Below are positions 19,690 through 29,900 of a DNA stretch of 64,000 nt, in pieces (the stretch's first letter is position 1; the number at the start of each line of letters is the position of its first letter). The position numbers and the translations under genes were made by a program. A model generated the notes under the pieces. That model was not told where the DNA came from. It searched no databases and saw nothing but the letters and a program-made list of their open reading frames with translations. The DNA is from an uncultured Clostridium sp. GTDB taxonomy: Bacteria; Bacillota; Clostridia; TANB77; CAG-508. Location of the stretch: NCBI GenBank assembly GCA_949467015.1, contig CASVZF010000003.1, positions 3,921 to 67,920 of the forward strand, given 5' to 3'.

Positions 19690-21312
19690 ATGGACTTGAG
19701 ATTAAAGAAACAAAAAGAAAATAAAGGTATTACATTAATAGCATTAGTAATAACTATAATTGTGATTTTGATTTTAGCAGGGATAGTGATTACGATGCTA
19801 ATAGAGGAAAATGGAATATTGAAAAAAACAACTGAAGCAAGGAAAATGAGTGAAATTGGATATGAAAAAGAGCAAATATCATTAGCCATATCATCAGCGA
19901 AAGCAAGTAAAATTGATAAAAAAATTGAAAAAGAAGATATAGGAAACGAACTAAAAGAAAATGGAAATAATGCTCAAGTAATTGATTTTGAATCAAAATT
20001 CATAATAACTTTTTTAGACAGCAAGAGATCCTATGAAGTTGATTTGCAAGGAATTGTGTCTGAACCACAGGAAAAAATAGAAGACGAGTATGCAGGAGAT
20101 ATAACAAAAGGTGGTACATTGACAGGAAAAGAAGATTCACCATATCAAATAAATTGTATAGAAGATTTAGTTGCATTTTCAATTGCAACTAATGGTGGAA
20201 ATACAGATTTAGGAATAACATCAAGCAGTTACAGTGGATGTTATATCATATTAATGAGAGATTTAGATTTTAATTCTTATTTTTCATATAATGATTATTC
20301 AACAACCAAATATAAAGATTTAAATAGAGACGATTCCGAAGAAAAGTTATATATTGAATTAACTAAAAGAGAGGATGGTTGTTTTGGATTTCCTCAAATA
20401 GGAACCTTTTCGGGAATCTTTAATGGGAAAAATAAAAAGATAAATAATCTATATCAACATGGTGATAAATTTGTTGGGCTATTTAGATTCATTTCAAGTG
20501 GAGTACTAAAAAATTTGGAAGTGTCTGGAGATGTTGCATTAGCTAGCGGAGTTACAGGACCTCAAGAGATGGTTATTGGATATGCGGGAGGAATAGTTTC
20601 TCAAATATATAAAAGTACAATTTATAATTGTATAAACTATGTAAATGTTACTAGTGATACATGTGCAGGAGGAATTGCAGGAGGACAAGTTTATGCTGTT
20701 AATTGTTGTGAAATTAAAAGTTGTGTAAATTATGGGAAAATTAATGCAGGAGGAAGTGCAGCAGGAGGTATTATTGGATATCAATATTCTAATACATTTT
20801 CACCAAATGTTTTAAATTGCTCAAATTTTGGAAGTATTTCTTCAATTAAAGGTGTGGCAGGAGGAATAGTGGGAAGTACTGCAAATGGAGGAAATGTATG
20901 TAATTCCTATAACTTGGGGCAAGTATCGGCTAGCGCATCTTATGTTGGAGGTATCTTTGGTAAAGCAGATAATAGTAAATTATTGTGTAACAATTACAGT
21001 AATGCCAAATTAAATGGCAAAGCGATAGGTGGAATTTTGGGAAATAAATCATGGGGTACGCATATTTTAAAGCATAATTTTTATTTAAATAATGTACAGT
21101 CAGAAATTGCTAACACAACAACAGAAGGAAATCCAAAGGATATAGATTACTTAAAGAGTGAAGAATTTGTGAATGAGTTAAATAGTTATATAGAGTCAAA
21201 TCATGATGAAGTTGATACTGCAAACTGGGCAAAGTGGATATTAGGAAGTGAAGGATACCCAATATTAGATTTAGACACAATATGGAATGGAAATGAATGG
21301 ACTAATTTATAA
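19690..21312 (+). CDS. Pilin-like N-terminal (prepilin-type) signal protein with GLUG-type repeat C-terminal region
   Basis: N-terminus KENKGITLIALVITIIVILILAG, followed by repeated (A/V/I)GGI(V/A/I/F/L)G units (AGGIVS, AGGIAGG, AGGIIGY, AGGIVGS, VGGIFGK, IGGILGN). Start trimmed to ATG 19690 (RBS agaggagag). Confidence 0.72.
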   Translation: MDLRLKKQKENKGITLIALVITIIVILILAGIVITMLIEENGILKKTTEARKMSEIGYEKEQISLAISSAKASKIDKKIEKEDIGNELKENGNNAQVIDFESKFIITFLDSKRSYEVDLQGIVSEPQEKIEDEYAGDITKGGTLTGKEDSPYQINCIEDLVAFSIATNGGNTDLGITSSSYSGCYIILMRDLDFNSYFSYNDYSTTKYKDLNRDDSEEKLYIELTKREDGCFGFPQIGTFSGIFNGKNKKINNLYQHGDKFVGLFRFISSGVLKNLEVSGDVALASGVTGPQEMVIGYAGGIVSQIYKSTIYNCINYVNVTSDTCAGGIAGGQVYAVNCCEIKSCVNYGKINAGGSAAGGIIGYQYSNTFSPNVLNCSNFGSISSIKGVAGGIVGSTANGGNVCNSYNLGQVSASASYVGGIFGKADNSKLLCNNYSNAKLNGKAIGGILGNKSWGTHILKHNFYLNNVQSEIANTTTEGNPKDIDYLKSEEFVNELNSYIESNHDEVDTANWAKWILGSEGYPILDLDTIWNGNEWTNL

Positions 21313-21390
21313 TGTGTAAAATTCCCCCTTGTTTTAGTCCAACTTTATATCAATGGAAATAGTCAATTATATATTTAAAAATTTATAAAA

Positions 21391-21432
21391 GCCTCAATAA
21401 TGATTTAAAATCATATATTGAGGTATTTTTTG
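21391..21432 (+). terminator. Intrinsic terminator
   Basis: Stem cctcaata / tattgagg followed by a T-run. Confidence 0.6.
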
Positions 21433-21527
21433 GCTAAGGGGAATTAATCTTAAATAAAATTAATTTTTTTAACTAAGGAAAGAATAGAAAACGTAAAAAG
21501 AAATAAACTAGTTGCGAGGTGATCGAA

Positions 21528-21671
21528 GTGAAAATATTAGAAGAACAAATTTCTGTAACACTAGAAAGAATGAAAAAAATGATAAAGAATAGAAAAAGTA
21601 AAACAAAAATAGATGCAAAAAGAAAAGAGTTAGATGAATTATTAAAAAAATATTTAAAAAGCTTTAATTAA
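21528..21671 (+). CDS. Possible Spo0E-family small regulator (47 aa, GTG start; not in ORF track)
   Basis: VKILEEQISVTLERMKKMIKN...RKELDELLKKYLKSFN, a two-helix pattern with an ELDELL..Y motif. RBS gaggtga lies upstream. Confidence 0.4.
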   Translation: MKILEEQISVTLERMKKMIKNRKSKTKIDAKRKELDELLKKYLKSFN

Positions 21672-21773
21672 AATCAAAGAAATAAAATACTACTAAAAAC
21701 GAATATAATTCATTTATGCCAATTGAAAATTTTGATAATATATATTCAAAAAGTAGAAAAATAGGTGGTATGG

Positions 21774-22106
21774 ATGAAAAAAACAAGCACAATAAAAATT
21801 GGAAAAATAATGCAGACGATTAGAAAAAGTAATGGATATACGCAAGAAAAGTTGGCAGAAGAAATAGAAGTATCTGTAAGATATATTAGTGATATTGAAC
21901 AGGACAGAGCTAAACCATCTTACGAAATTTTAATAAAAATTTGTAATTTGTTTCATATAAGTTTAGATCAAATTTTTAGTAAACATTTAACTATAACAAG
22001 TAATAAAGAATTGGAATATTCATTAGCGGGATTTGATAAATTATCCAAAAAAGATAAGGAAACAATTGAAAATTTAATAATTTATTTTAATAAAACTGCT
22101 AAATAG
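21774..22106 (+). CDS. XRE-family helix-turn-helix transcriptional regulator
   Basis: HTH_3 pattern IRKSNGYTQEKLAEEIEVSVRYISDIEQDRAKPS. Confidence 0.8.
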   Translation: MKKTSTIKIGKIMQTIRKSNGYTQEKLAEEIEVSVRYISDIEQDRAKPSYEILIKICNLFHISLDQIFSKHLTITSNKELEYSLAGFDKLSKKDKETIENLIIYFNKTAK

Positions 22107-22215
22107 TAAATGGTAAAATAAGTAGAGAACAAGACTATAGACAAATTTAATAAAAAAGGGTATAATAAATAAAACAGAGACTATGGAAACATAGTCTTAT
22201 TTTATAGGTGAAATT

Positions 22216-23997
22216 ATGTTTAATATAGAAGAAGAACTAAAAAAATTACCAGATAAACCAGGTGTCTATGTCATGAGAGATAAAGATGACACGATTATTT
22301 ATGTTGGGAAAGCAGTTTCTTTGAGAAATAGAGTAAGGCAATATTTTAGAAAAAACAATAAAACTGCTAGAATAGAAAAGATGGTTAGTTTAATTGATCA
22401 TTTTGAATATATCGTAGTGGATAATGAAGCGGAAGCTTTGATTTTAGAATGTAATTTAATTAAGAAGAATCGACCTAAATTTAATGTTTTATTAAAGGAC
22501 GACAAAACCTATCCTTATATTAAGATTGACGTGAAATCAAATTATCCAGGGGTTTTTATAACGAGAAGGGTAATTAATGATGGTTCGAGATATTTTGGCC
22601 CATATGCCAATCCAGGAGCTGCTAAAGAGATGATTGATTTCATCAAGCAAAAATATAGAATACGTCAATGTAGAACTTTGAAGGAGAGAGAAAGACCTTG
22701 TTTGAATTATCATATTCATCGTTGTTTGGCACCTTGTATGGGATATGTAAAACCAGAAGAATATAGGAAGCAAATAGATGAGATTATTGATTTATTAGAA
22801 GGAAAGACCGATAAGATAATAAAAGAACTAGAAAATCAGATGAAAGAAGCTTCTAAGAAATTAGAGTTTGAAAATGCTGCTAATATAAGAGATCGAATTC
22901 AGGCAATTGAAAGAGTGTCAGAAAAACAAAAAGTATCGAATATTTCAGAAAATAATATTGATGTCATTGGAATTGCAAGATCTGAGTTACAAATATGCAT
23001 GGAAATCTTTTTTGTTCGTGGTAGTAAAATGATTGGAAGAGAGCATTATTTTTATACAGATTTAAAAGATATGGAAGATAAAGAAATTTTATCTGGATTT
23101 ATCAAACAATATTATTTAGATAATCCCAATATTCCAAATAAAATAATGATAAGAGAGGAAATAGAAGATAGAGAAGCGATTGAGAAGTGGTTATCCACAA
23201 TTTTGGATAAAAAAGTGGAAATTAAAAGTCCAAAAAAAGGAGAAAAGCTTCGCTTTGTAGAAATGGCAGAAAATAATGCAAAAGTCACATTAGAAAATAA
23301 AGAAAAAGATAAAAGTGAGATTTTATTAGAACTAAAAGAAGTATTAGCATTAAATAAATTACCCAGAAAAATTGAAACTTATGATATTTCAAATATAGCT
23401 GGAGAATATATGGTAGCAGGTATGTGTGTGATGCAAGACGGAGTTATAAAAAAGAATTTATCAAGAAGATTTAAGATTAAAACTGTATACGAGCAAGATG
23501 ATCCTAAGTGTATGGAAGAAGTAATAACTAGAAGATTAAAACATTCTATAGAAAATCCAAAAGGTGGATTTGGAAGCTTACCAGATGTGATTTTTGCCGA
23601 TGGAGGAATTACACAGATACGAGCAACAAAAAAAGCGATTGAAAAATATAGCTTAGATATACCAGTGTTTGGTATGGTAAAAAATGATAAGCATCAAACA
23701 AGAGCTTTAATGGATGAAAATAGAAAAGAGTTAGAAATATCACAAAATTTAATGAATTTGATAACGCATTTTCAAGATACCGTACACGATACAGCCATTA
23801 CATATCATAGAAAATTACGCAATAAATCAGTTATTAAATCTGAGCTAGATGAAATAAAAGGAATTGGAAAAGTAAAGAAACAGGCTTTATTAAAAGAATT
23901 TGGTAGTGTGGAAAAGATAAAGCAAGCTAGTGTGGATGAATTGATGAAGGTAAAAGGTATTAATGAAGAAATAGCTAAAAAACTAAAAAGAATATGA
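22216..23997 (+). CDS. uvrC: Excinuclease ABC subunit C
   Basis: GIY-YIG N-terminus (PGVYVMRDKDDTIIYVGKA), a UvrBC domain, and a C-terminal HhH region. Confidence 0.95.
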   Translation: MFNIEEELKKLPDKPGVYVMRDKDDTIIYVGKAVSLRNRVRQYFRKNNKTARIEKMVSLIDHFEYIVVDNEAEALILECNLIKKNRPKFNVLLKDDKTYPYIKIDVKSNYPGVFITRRVINDGSRYFGPYANPGAAKEMIDFIKQKYRIRQCRTLKERERPCLNYHIHRCLAPCMGYVKPEEYRKQIDEIIDLLEGKTDKIIKELENQMKEASKKLEFENAANIRDRIQAIERVSEKQKVSNISENNIDVIGIARSELQICMEIFFVRGSKMIGREHYFYTDLKDMEDKEILSGFIKQYYLDNPNIPNKIMIREEIEDREAIEKWLSTILDKKVEIKSPKKGEKLRFVEMAENNAKVTLENKEKDKSEILLELKEVLALNKLPRKIETYDISNIAGEYMVAGMCVMQDGVIKKNLSRRFKIKTVYEQDDPKCMEEVITRRLKHSIENPKGGFGSLPDVIFADGGITQIRATKKAIEKYSLDIPVFGMVKNDKHQTRALMDENRKELEISQNLMNLITHFQDTVHDTAITYHRKLRNKSVIKSELDEIKGIGKVKKQALLKEFGSVEKIKQASVDELMKVKGINEEIAKKLKRI

Positions 23998-24003
23998 ATG
24001 ATA

Positions 24004-24035
24004 AGAGTCCCTACATCTATAATGTAGGGACTCTT
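24004..24035. terminator. Intrinsic terminator after uvrC
   Basis: Stem agagtccctacat / atgtagggactct. Confidence 0.7.
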
Positions 24036-24066
24036 TCAAATGAGTGAATTTTCTCGCCCTTGAAAA

Positions 24067-24618
24067 TTACTCTTCCTTATTATTGTTATTGTTGTTTTTT
24101 CTCCATGATAACGAGAAATTACAATTGATTAACAAAATGAGAATATATGTGATCAACAAAATTACCAAGATAATAATGCAGTTGGTAGTTTGTACAATTA
24201 ACCAGGCTGACAATGCACTTAATGCAAGATCAATAATTAGATCTCCAAGCTGGATTTTGTGATATACATATAGTTCACTCAGAAGAGAGATACTAGAGAT
24301 GAGGAAAAAGGAATTTCCCCATAAATACTCATTATTCTCTCCCACAAACAAGGGTAAAACCGTTATCATTAGGAGTATAGTAATACCGGTTGATATTACT
24401 GAATGAAACGCTTTGAAACGTTTTGCAATTCTTGGAAGTATAATAGAAAATATTCCAGGTACAATTGCAATGAGTGGTAAAGACCACGACTTATTAATAA
24501 CATCAAATGATGTTATTAAATACCATGTAATTGCAATAGTTGCAATTACAGTGAGCATTGTGGGTAGAAGTGAATCCACAAAGTGATTCATCTTCTTTGT
24601 TCTTTTGGTTGACTTCAT
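24067..24618 (-). CDS. Integral membrane protein (hypothetical)
   Basis: 183 aa with about 5 hydrophobic segments and a poly-Asn tail. Confidence 0.55.
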   Translation of the reverse strand: MKSTKRTKKMNHFVDSLLPTMLTVIATIAITWYLITSFDVINKSWSLPLIAIVPGIFSIILPRIAKRFKAFHSVISTGITILLMITVLPLFVGENNEYLWGNSFFLISSISLLSELYVYHKIQLGDLIIDLALSALSAWLIVQTTNCIIILVILLITYILILLINCNFSLSWRKNNNNNNKEE

Positions 24619-24803
24619 GATGTAAAACCCTCTTTTTATTATATTTTTTTGACAGTGGGCGTACTGTCATCGTTTGGTTGAATATTTCAACCGTTAAGTA
24701 TATTATAGCATATAACAAATAAAAAATCAAATTTTATATATAAGTATAAAAAGAAGAGATGTAAGAAAATTTCCTTACATCTCTTTGGCTTGCTTAAAAT
24801 GTT

Positions 24804-25142
24804 TTAACATTCTATTTCGTTTGAGTTTAGACCTAGTTTAGATTTTTTAGATTTATCAGAATTATTCGAAATATCAAAACTATCTGATTTATGCTTGGAA
24901 GAATCAATTGTTTTGCTAATAGTATTGATATCAACTAATTTGTCATCTTTTTCTTTAGGCTTCATATTTGACAATAATTTATAAATAAAAAGTGTCAAAA
25001 TAGAAGAAATGATAATAGATAACATGGATGGAATAACTGGATGTACAATTTGGCTAAAAATTAACCAGCTGTCAGCTCCAATAACTCCTAGGGTAAGGAT
25101 AACTATGATAAAAGTTAAAGTGATTTTCTCTATTTCTTTCAT
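24804..25142 (-). CDS. Small membrane protein (hypothetical)
   Basis: 112 aa with two N-terminal TM segments and a Ser/Lys-rich tail. Confidence 0.5.
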   Translation of the reverse strand: MKEIEKITLTFIIVILTLGVIGADSWLIFSQIVHPVIPSMLSIIISSILTLFIYKLLSNMKPKEKDDKLVDINTISKTIDSSKHKSDSFDISNNSDKSKKSKLGLNSNEIEC

Positions 25143-25357
25143 TTATATATGCCTCCTAAATTGATAAAGCAAGCCACTACAACGTAATTGTAGACAATTA
25201 GCATATCATAATTTCTAGAAAAATACAAGTTTTGAGAGTAAGTTAATAAAAAATAGCAAATAAAGAGGATATTTCTGAACGATTATTTGATAAAGCAAGA
25301 ATAAAATAATATTTCATGAATATACATATAATAAATAAAAGTAAGGGGGAATTATTA

Positions 25358-25567
25358 GTGGAATATGCAAAGGAAAAGTTTTTTGAGGTTATGTATAATA
25401 CGAAATTGGACAGGCTAGTAATAAAAAAGGAAAGATGGATAAGCAAGATAAAAAGAATCATAAAAACACATAAGTTTATAACAACGGTAAGTATAGCTTT
25501 TGTCATGTTTTCCATAGCAAATGTTGCTATGATATATAGTTTTATGAGAATTTTGCAAAATATGTAA
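25358..25567 (+). CDS. Small C-terminally anchored protein (hypothetical)
   Basis: GTG start 8 nt after RBS aaggggga. Preferred over the antisense ORF 25243-25515. Confidence 0.4.
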   Translation: MEYAKEKFFEVMYNTKLDRLVIKKERWISKIKRIIKTHKFITTVSIAFVMFSIANVAMIYSFMRILQNM

Positions 25568-25633
25568 AAGTATGATAAAATACTACTATTCTAATAGAGG
25601 GAGGATAGTAGCATTTTTTGCTACGAAAAGGAT

Positions 25634-26497
25634 ATGAAATTAGCAGATAAATGGAAAGAATATAAAATATTAGATATGGCAGATGGTCAAAAGTTAGAAA
25701 AGTGGGGAGATGTAGTATTATCAAGACCAGATCCACAGATTATATGGAAAGATAAAAGTTATCCTAAGAAGTGGAAAGAAATCAATGCAATTTACCATAG
25801 AAGCAAAACAGGTGGTGGTGCATGGGAATTCAACAAAAAAATGCCAAAACAATGGCAAATTCATTATAAAAATTTGACATTTAATATCAAACCAATGGGG
25901 TTTAAGCATACAGGGCTATTTCCAGAACAAGCGGTAAATTGGGACTGGATGATTAATAAAATAAAATCAGAAAAAAGAGAGATTAAAGTATTAAATTTAT
26001 TTGCTTATACAGGAGGAGCAACAGTAGCTTGTTTGTCAGCAGGAGCGTCTGTGTGCCATGTAGACAGTTCAAAAGGAATGACAACGTGGGCAAAGGAGAA
26101 TGTAATTTCATCAGGGCTTCAGGATAGACCCGTCAGATTTATAATAGATGACGTCGTAAAGTTTGTAAATCGAGAAATTAGAAGAGGAAATAAGTATGAT
26201 GCCATTATTATGGATCCACCATCTTATGGAAGAGGTGCAAAAGGAGAAGTTTGGCAGTTTGAAGATAGCATTTATGACTTAGTAGAATTATGTACCAAGG
26301 TATTATCCGATAATCCATTATTTTTTCTGATAAATTCTTATACAACAGGAATTTCTAGTATGGTTTTACAAAATATATTAAGTGTAACAGTTAATAAAAG
26401 CTACAAAGGAAAAATAGAATGTGGAGAGGTAGGAATACCAATGGAAGATTCAAAACTAGTTTTACCATGTGGAATTTATGGTAGATGGGAGAAATAG
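25634..26497 (+). CDS. Class I SAM-dependent (rRNA large-subunit-type) methyltransferase
   Basis: VLNLFAYTGGATVA SAM motif and IIMDPPSYGRG motif IV. Confidence 0.82.
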   Translation: MKLADKWKEYKILDMADGQKLEKWGDVVLSRPDPQIIWKDKSYPKKWKEINAIYHRSKTGGGAWEFNKKMPKQWQIHYKNLTFNIKPMGFKHTGLFPEQAVNWDWMINKIKSEKREIKVLNLFAYTGGATVACLSAGASVCHVDSSKGMTTWAKENVISSGLQDRPVRFIIDDVVKFVNREIRRGNKYDAIIMDPPSYGRGAKGEVWQFEDSIYDLVELCTKVLSDNPLFFLINSYTTGISSMVLQNILSVTVNKSYKGKIECGEVGIPMEDSKLVLPCGIYGRWEK

Positions 26498-26504
26498 AAG
26501 AAAG

Positions 26505-26628
26505 ATACAAGAGGGACAGTGCTTAAATGTCCCATAAATATTAAGAAAAATACCGAATTTTGTCGGTTTAGCAAAATAACAAATTTCGACAAAAAAATTA
26601 GGACATTTAAGCACTGTCCCTCTTGTAT
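26505..26628. repeat. Palindromic MITE-like repeat, family A, copy 3
   Basis: Arms atacaagagggacagtgcttaaatgtcc / ggacatttaagcactgtccctcttgtat. The interior contains ..ttgtcgg.. and ..tttcgacaaaaaaa.. Confidence 0.85.
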
Positions 26629-26643
26629 TAAAAGGAGAAATAA

Positions 26644-27322
26644 ATGCAAGATATAAAAGTGATTTATGAAGATAACCATATAATTGTAGTGGAGAAAATT
26701 CCTAATATTCCTTCACAAGCTGATAAAACTGGCGATAGGGATATGCTTACGTTAGTTAAAGATTATCTTAAAGACAAGTACCAGAAACCAGGAAATGTAT
26801 ATTTGGGACTAGTACATAGGTTAGATAGACCAGTAGGTGGGGTTATGATTTTTGCTAAAACATCAAAAGCAGCATCTAGATTAAGTGATCAAGTAAGAGA
26901 AAAGGTATTTAAGAAAAAGTACTTAGCAGTTGTAGATGGAAAAATAGATGATAAAAAGCGGCACATTAGAAGATTATTTATATAAAGACGAGAGAAACAA
27001 TATTAGTAAAGTCGTAAAAAAAGAAAAGAAAAATGCTAAATTGGCTAAGTTGGATTACGAAGTATTGAAATACAATGAAGTAAAAAATTTAAGTTTAGTC
27101 AAAGTAAATTTACATACAGGAAGGCATCATCAAATTAGAGTTCAATTGTCACATTTTGGGCATAGTATTTTTGGAGATCAAAAGTATGGAACGAGAGGAA
27201 AAGGAAAGCAAATAGCTTTATGGGCATATGAACTTACCATTAAACATCCAACCACAAGAGAAAATTTAACTTTTAAAGACTTACCAGAGCCAATAGGGAC
27301 ATGGTGTATATTAAAAAGTTAG
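26644..27322 (+). CDS. RluA-family pseudouridine synthase, interrupted by a +1 break at CGG 26959-26961
   Basis: LVHRLDRPVGGVMIFAKT catalytic Asp motif in part 1, HTGRHHQIRVQL in part 2. Skipping C26959 gives ...GKIDDKK-G-TLEDYLYKDE... Confidence 0.8.
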
Positions 27323-27426
27323 AAAACATAAAATTAAATAAATAATAACGAAAAATATTTGCATTTTAAGAAAATATATGTTACAATACCTAAGTATTAC
27401 GACAAACCGTTAGGAGGAATCAATAG

Positions 27427-27675
27427 ATGGAAGTAGTAAAAATAATATTAATAGCAGTTTATATTATCGTAGCATTAGCGTTAATCATATTAACATTAAT
27501 ACAAACCAAGGAAGATCCTGGATTATCTTCAACGATAACTGGTTCATCAACGAATAACTTTTATGAGAAAAATAAAAGTAGAACAAAAGAAGGAAAACAA
27601 AAAAAATGGACAGTTATTTTATCAATTGTATTTGCTATATTGACGATAGTGTTAGGAATTGTATATATGATGTAA
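27427..27675 (+). CDS. secG: Preprotein translocase subunit SecG
   Basis: 82 aa with two TM segments and a Gly/Ser-rich loop. Has the conserved position immediately upstream of rnr. Confidence 0.75.
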   Translation: MEVVKIILIAVYIIVALALIILTLIQTKEDPGLSSTITGSSTNNFYEKNKSRTKEGKQKKWTVILSIVFAILTIVLGIVYMM

Positions 27676-27769
27676 AAAGGTTATAATAAGGGTGGTTTGG
27701 ATAAAAACTGCCCCTTTTTTAATAGGAAAATGAAGTTCCTATTAAAAATGCTAATTTGGAAGGAGAAAA

Positions 27770-29887
27770 ATGAAAGAAAAAGAAAAGAAAATTTTAGAGT
27801 TTATGAAAGATGAGGCATATGTGCCGATGAAGGCAAAAGAAATAGCTATGCTTATGAGAGTTCCTAAAAATGAGTATAGTGCATTTTTAGAGATGATGGG
27901 AAATTTAGAGTTAGAACGAAAAGTTCAAAAAAATAGAAAGAATCGATATCGAATTAGTGAAAAGACCTATTATGAAGGATATTATAGGAAACATCAGAAA
28001 GGATATGGTTTTGTAAAAATAGAAGGACAAGAGGAAGAAATCTATATTGCGAAAGAAAACTCATTAAATGCTCTAAATGGAGATAGAATTTTAATAGAAA
28101 TTATAGAAGAAAGTAATAAAGTAAAAAAGGCAGAAGGGAAAGTTATAAAAATATTAAAACATGAAAAAGATACAGTAGTGGGAATTTTCCAAAACAATAA
28201 AACTTTCGGATTTGTTATACCAGATGATAAGAATTTTGGTACAGACATATATATTGCTAAAAAGAATTTTGGAAAGGCAAGAAGCAATCATAAAGTTTTG
28301 GTACAAATTACAAAGTATCCACAAAAAGGGAAAAAGGCAGAAGGAAAGATAATAGAAGTACTTGGAAATGTAAATGAAGCGGGAGTAGATATGCTTTCTC
28401 TCATAAAAGAATATAAATTACCAGCAAGATTTCCAGATCCAGTCATAGAAGAGGCCAAGAAATGTGGAAACAAGGTGGATAAAAAAGACATACCAAATAG
28501 AGTAGATTTACGAGAGAAAATAATTTTTACAATAGATGGTGAAGATGCAAAAGATTTAGATGATGCCGTAAGAGTAGAAAAATTAGAGAATGGAAATTAT
28601 CGATTAGATGTTCATATAGCAGATGTAAGTTATTACGTGAAAGAAGATAGCTTATTAGACCAAGAGGCTTTCGTTAGAGGAACAAGTATTTATATGTTAG
28701 GAAGAGTAATCCCCATGCTTCCACGTGAATTATCAAATGGAATTTGTAGTTTAAATGCAGGAGAAGATAGATTTACTTTATCTTGCACAATGGAAATTGA
28801 CCAAAAAGGAAAAGTAGTTTCTTCTGAAATATACAAAGGAATGATCAATGTTACAGAAAGGATGAATTATTCTGATGTTCAAAAAATTATAGATGGTTCA
28901 GATAAAAAAGTCTTAGAAAAATACAAGCAATATATACAAGAATTTAAAAATATGGAAGAATTAGCGGTTATATTAAAAAATAGAAGATTAGAGAATGGGT
29001 ATTTAAATTTAAATATTCCAGAAAGCAAAATTGATTTAGATATAGATGGACATGTTACCAATATTTCTAAATATGAAACAACTTTTGCCCATGAAATCAT
29101 TGAACAATTCATGTTAACAGCAAATGAAACTGTTGCAGAAAAGTTTTTTTGGTTAGATGCACCATTTATTTATCGTGTACACGAAGAACCCGATTTAGAA
29201 AAGATTCGAGAACTTAATAAATTTTTATTTAATTTTGGATTAAAAATAAAGGCAAATCAAGATAATATTTATCCCAAAGAATTTGCCAAGGTATTAGATG
29301 ATATAAAAGGAAAAGAAGAAGAAAAGGTGGTTTCAACTTTAGTACTTAGAACCTTAAAAGTAGCTAGATATGAGGCAGAAAATAAAGGACATTTTGGAAT
29401 TGCGAGCAAATATTATTGCCATTTTACTTCACCGATTAGAAGATATCCAGATTTATTTATTCATAGAATCATATCGAATTATTTAGAAGAAAATTATGAT
29501 GTAGACCAAAGATTTATTGATAAATATAGGCAAGAAGCGGAAGATAGAGCCAAACAGTCTTCAGAAAGAGAAAAAGTTGCCACCCAGGTAGAAAGGGAGG
29601 CAGAAGATATAAAGAAGGCTGAGTATATGGAGTCAAGAATTGGAGAAGAATACGAGGGAATAGTTTCATCCATTACTTCATTTGGAATGTTTGTGGAATT
29701 AGAAAGTACAGTAGAAGGTTTAATTCGATTTGATAAAATAGGAGATGAATATTTTATATATGATGAAGATAGAAAAAGATTAATTGGGGAAAAAACGAAC
29801 AAAATATATAAAATTGGTGACAAAGTAAAAATAAGAGTGATAGCTGCTAACAAATTACTCAGACAAATTGATTTTGAAATCGTATAA
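27770..29887 (+). CDS. rnr: Ribonuclease R
   Basis: 705 aa with an RNB domain (DGEDAKDLDDAV, HFGIAS..YCHFTSPIRRYPD) and a C-terminal S1 domain. Confidence 0.95.
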   Translation: MKEKEKKILEFMKDEAYVPMKAKEIAMLMRVPKNEYSAFLEMMGNLELERKVQKNRKNRYRISEKTYYEGYYRKHQKGYGFVKIEGQEEEIYIAKENSLNALNGDRILIEIIEESNKVKKAEGKVIKILKHEKDTVVGIFQNNKTFGFVIPDDKNFGTDIYIAKKNFGKARSNHKVLVQITKYPQKGKKAEGKIIEVLGNVNEAGVDMLSLIKEYKLPARFPDPVIEEAKKCGNKVDKKDIPNRVDLREKIIFTIDGEDAKDLDDAVRVEKLENGNYRLDVHIADVSYYVKEDSLLDQEAFVRGTSIYMLGRVIPMLPRELSNGICSLNAGEDRFTLSCTMEIDQKGKVVSSEIYKGMINVTERMNYSDVQKIIDGSDKKVLEKYKQYIQEFKNMEELAVILKNRRLENGYLNLNIPESKIDLDIDGHVTNISKYETTFAHEIIEQFMLTANETVAEKFFWLDAPFIYRVHEEPDLEKIRELNKFLFNFGLKIKANQDNIYPKEFAKVLDDIKGKEEEKVVSTLVLRTLKVARYEAENKGHFGIASKYYCHFTSPIRRYPDLFIHRIISNYLEENYDVDQRFIDKYRQEAEDRAKQSSEREKVATQVEREAEDIKKAEYMESRIGEEYEGIVSSITSFGMFVELESTVEGLIRFDKIGDEYFIYDEDRKRLIGEKTNKIYKIGDKVKIRVIAANKLLRQIDFEIV

Positions 29888-29900
29888 TTTATATAGAGCC

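Noticed and set aside
24070-24095. Poly-Asn/poly-AAT-like tract at the 3-prime end of membrane protein gene 24067-24618 as a possible phase-variable repeat.
   Set aside because: It is an imperfect codon-level run (aataacaataac…) encoding a hydrophilic tail. It is not a pure simple-sequence repeat and does not precede downstream coding sequence.
24619-24803. Hairpins gacagtgggcgtactgtc and ggttgaatatttcaacc as a riboswitch or terminator.
   Set aside because: The orientation of the T/A runs does not fit a terminator for either flanking minus-strand gene, and I recognised no conserved riboswitch motif.
25243-25515. 90-aa minus-strand ORF.
   Set aside because: It overlaps the better-supported plus-strand ORF 25358-25567 (good RBS, GTG start) and has a low-complexity hydrophobic sequence. 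Both calls are weak.
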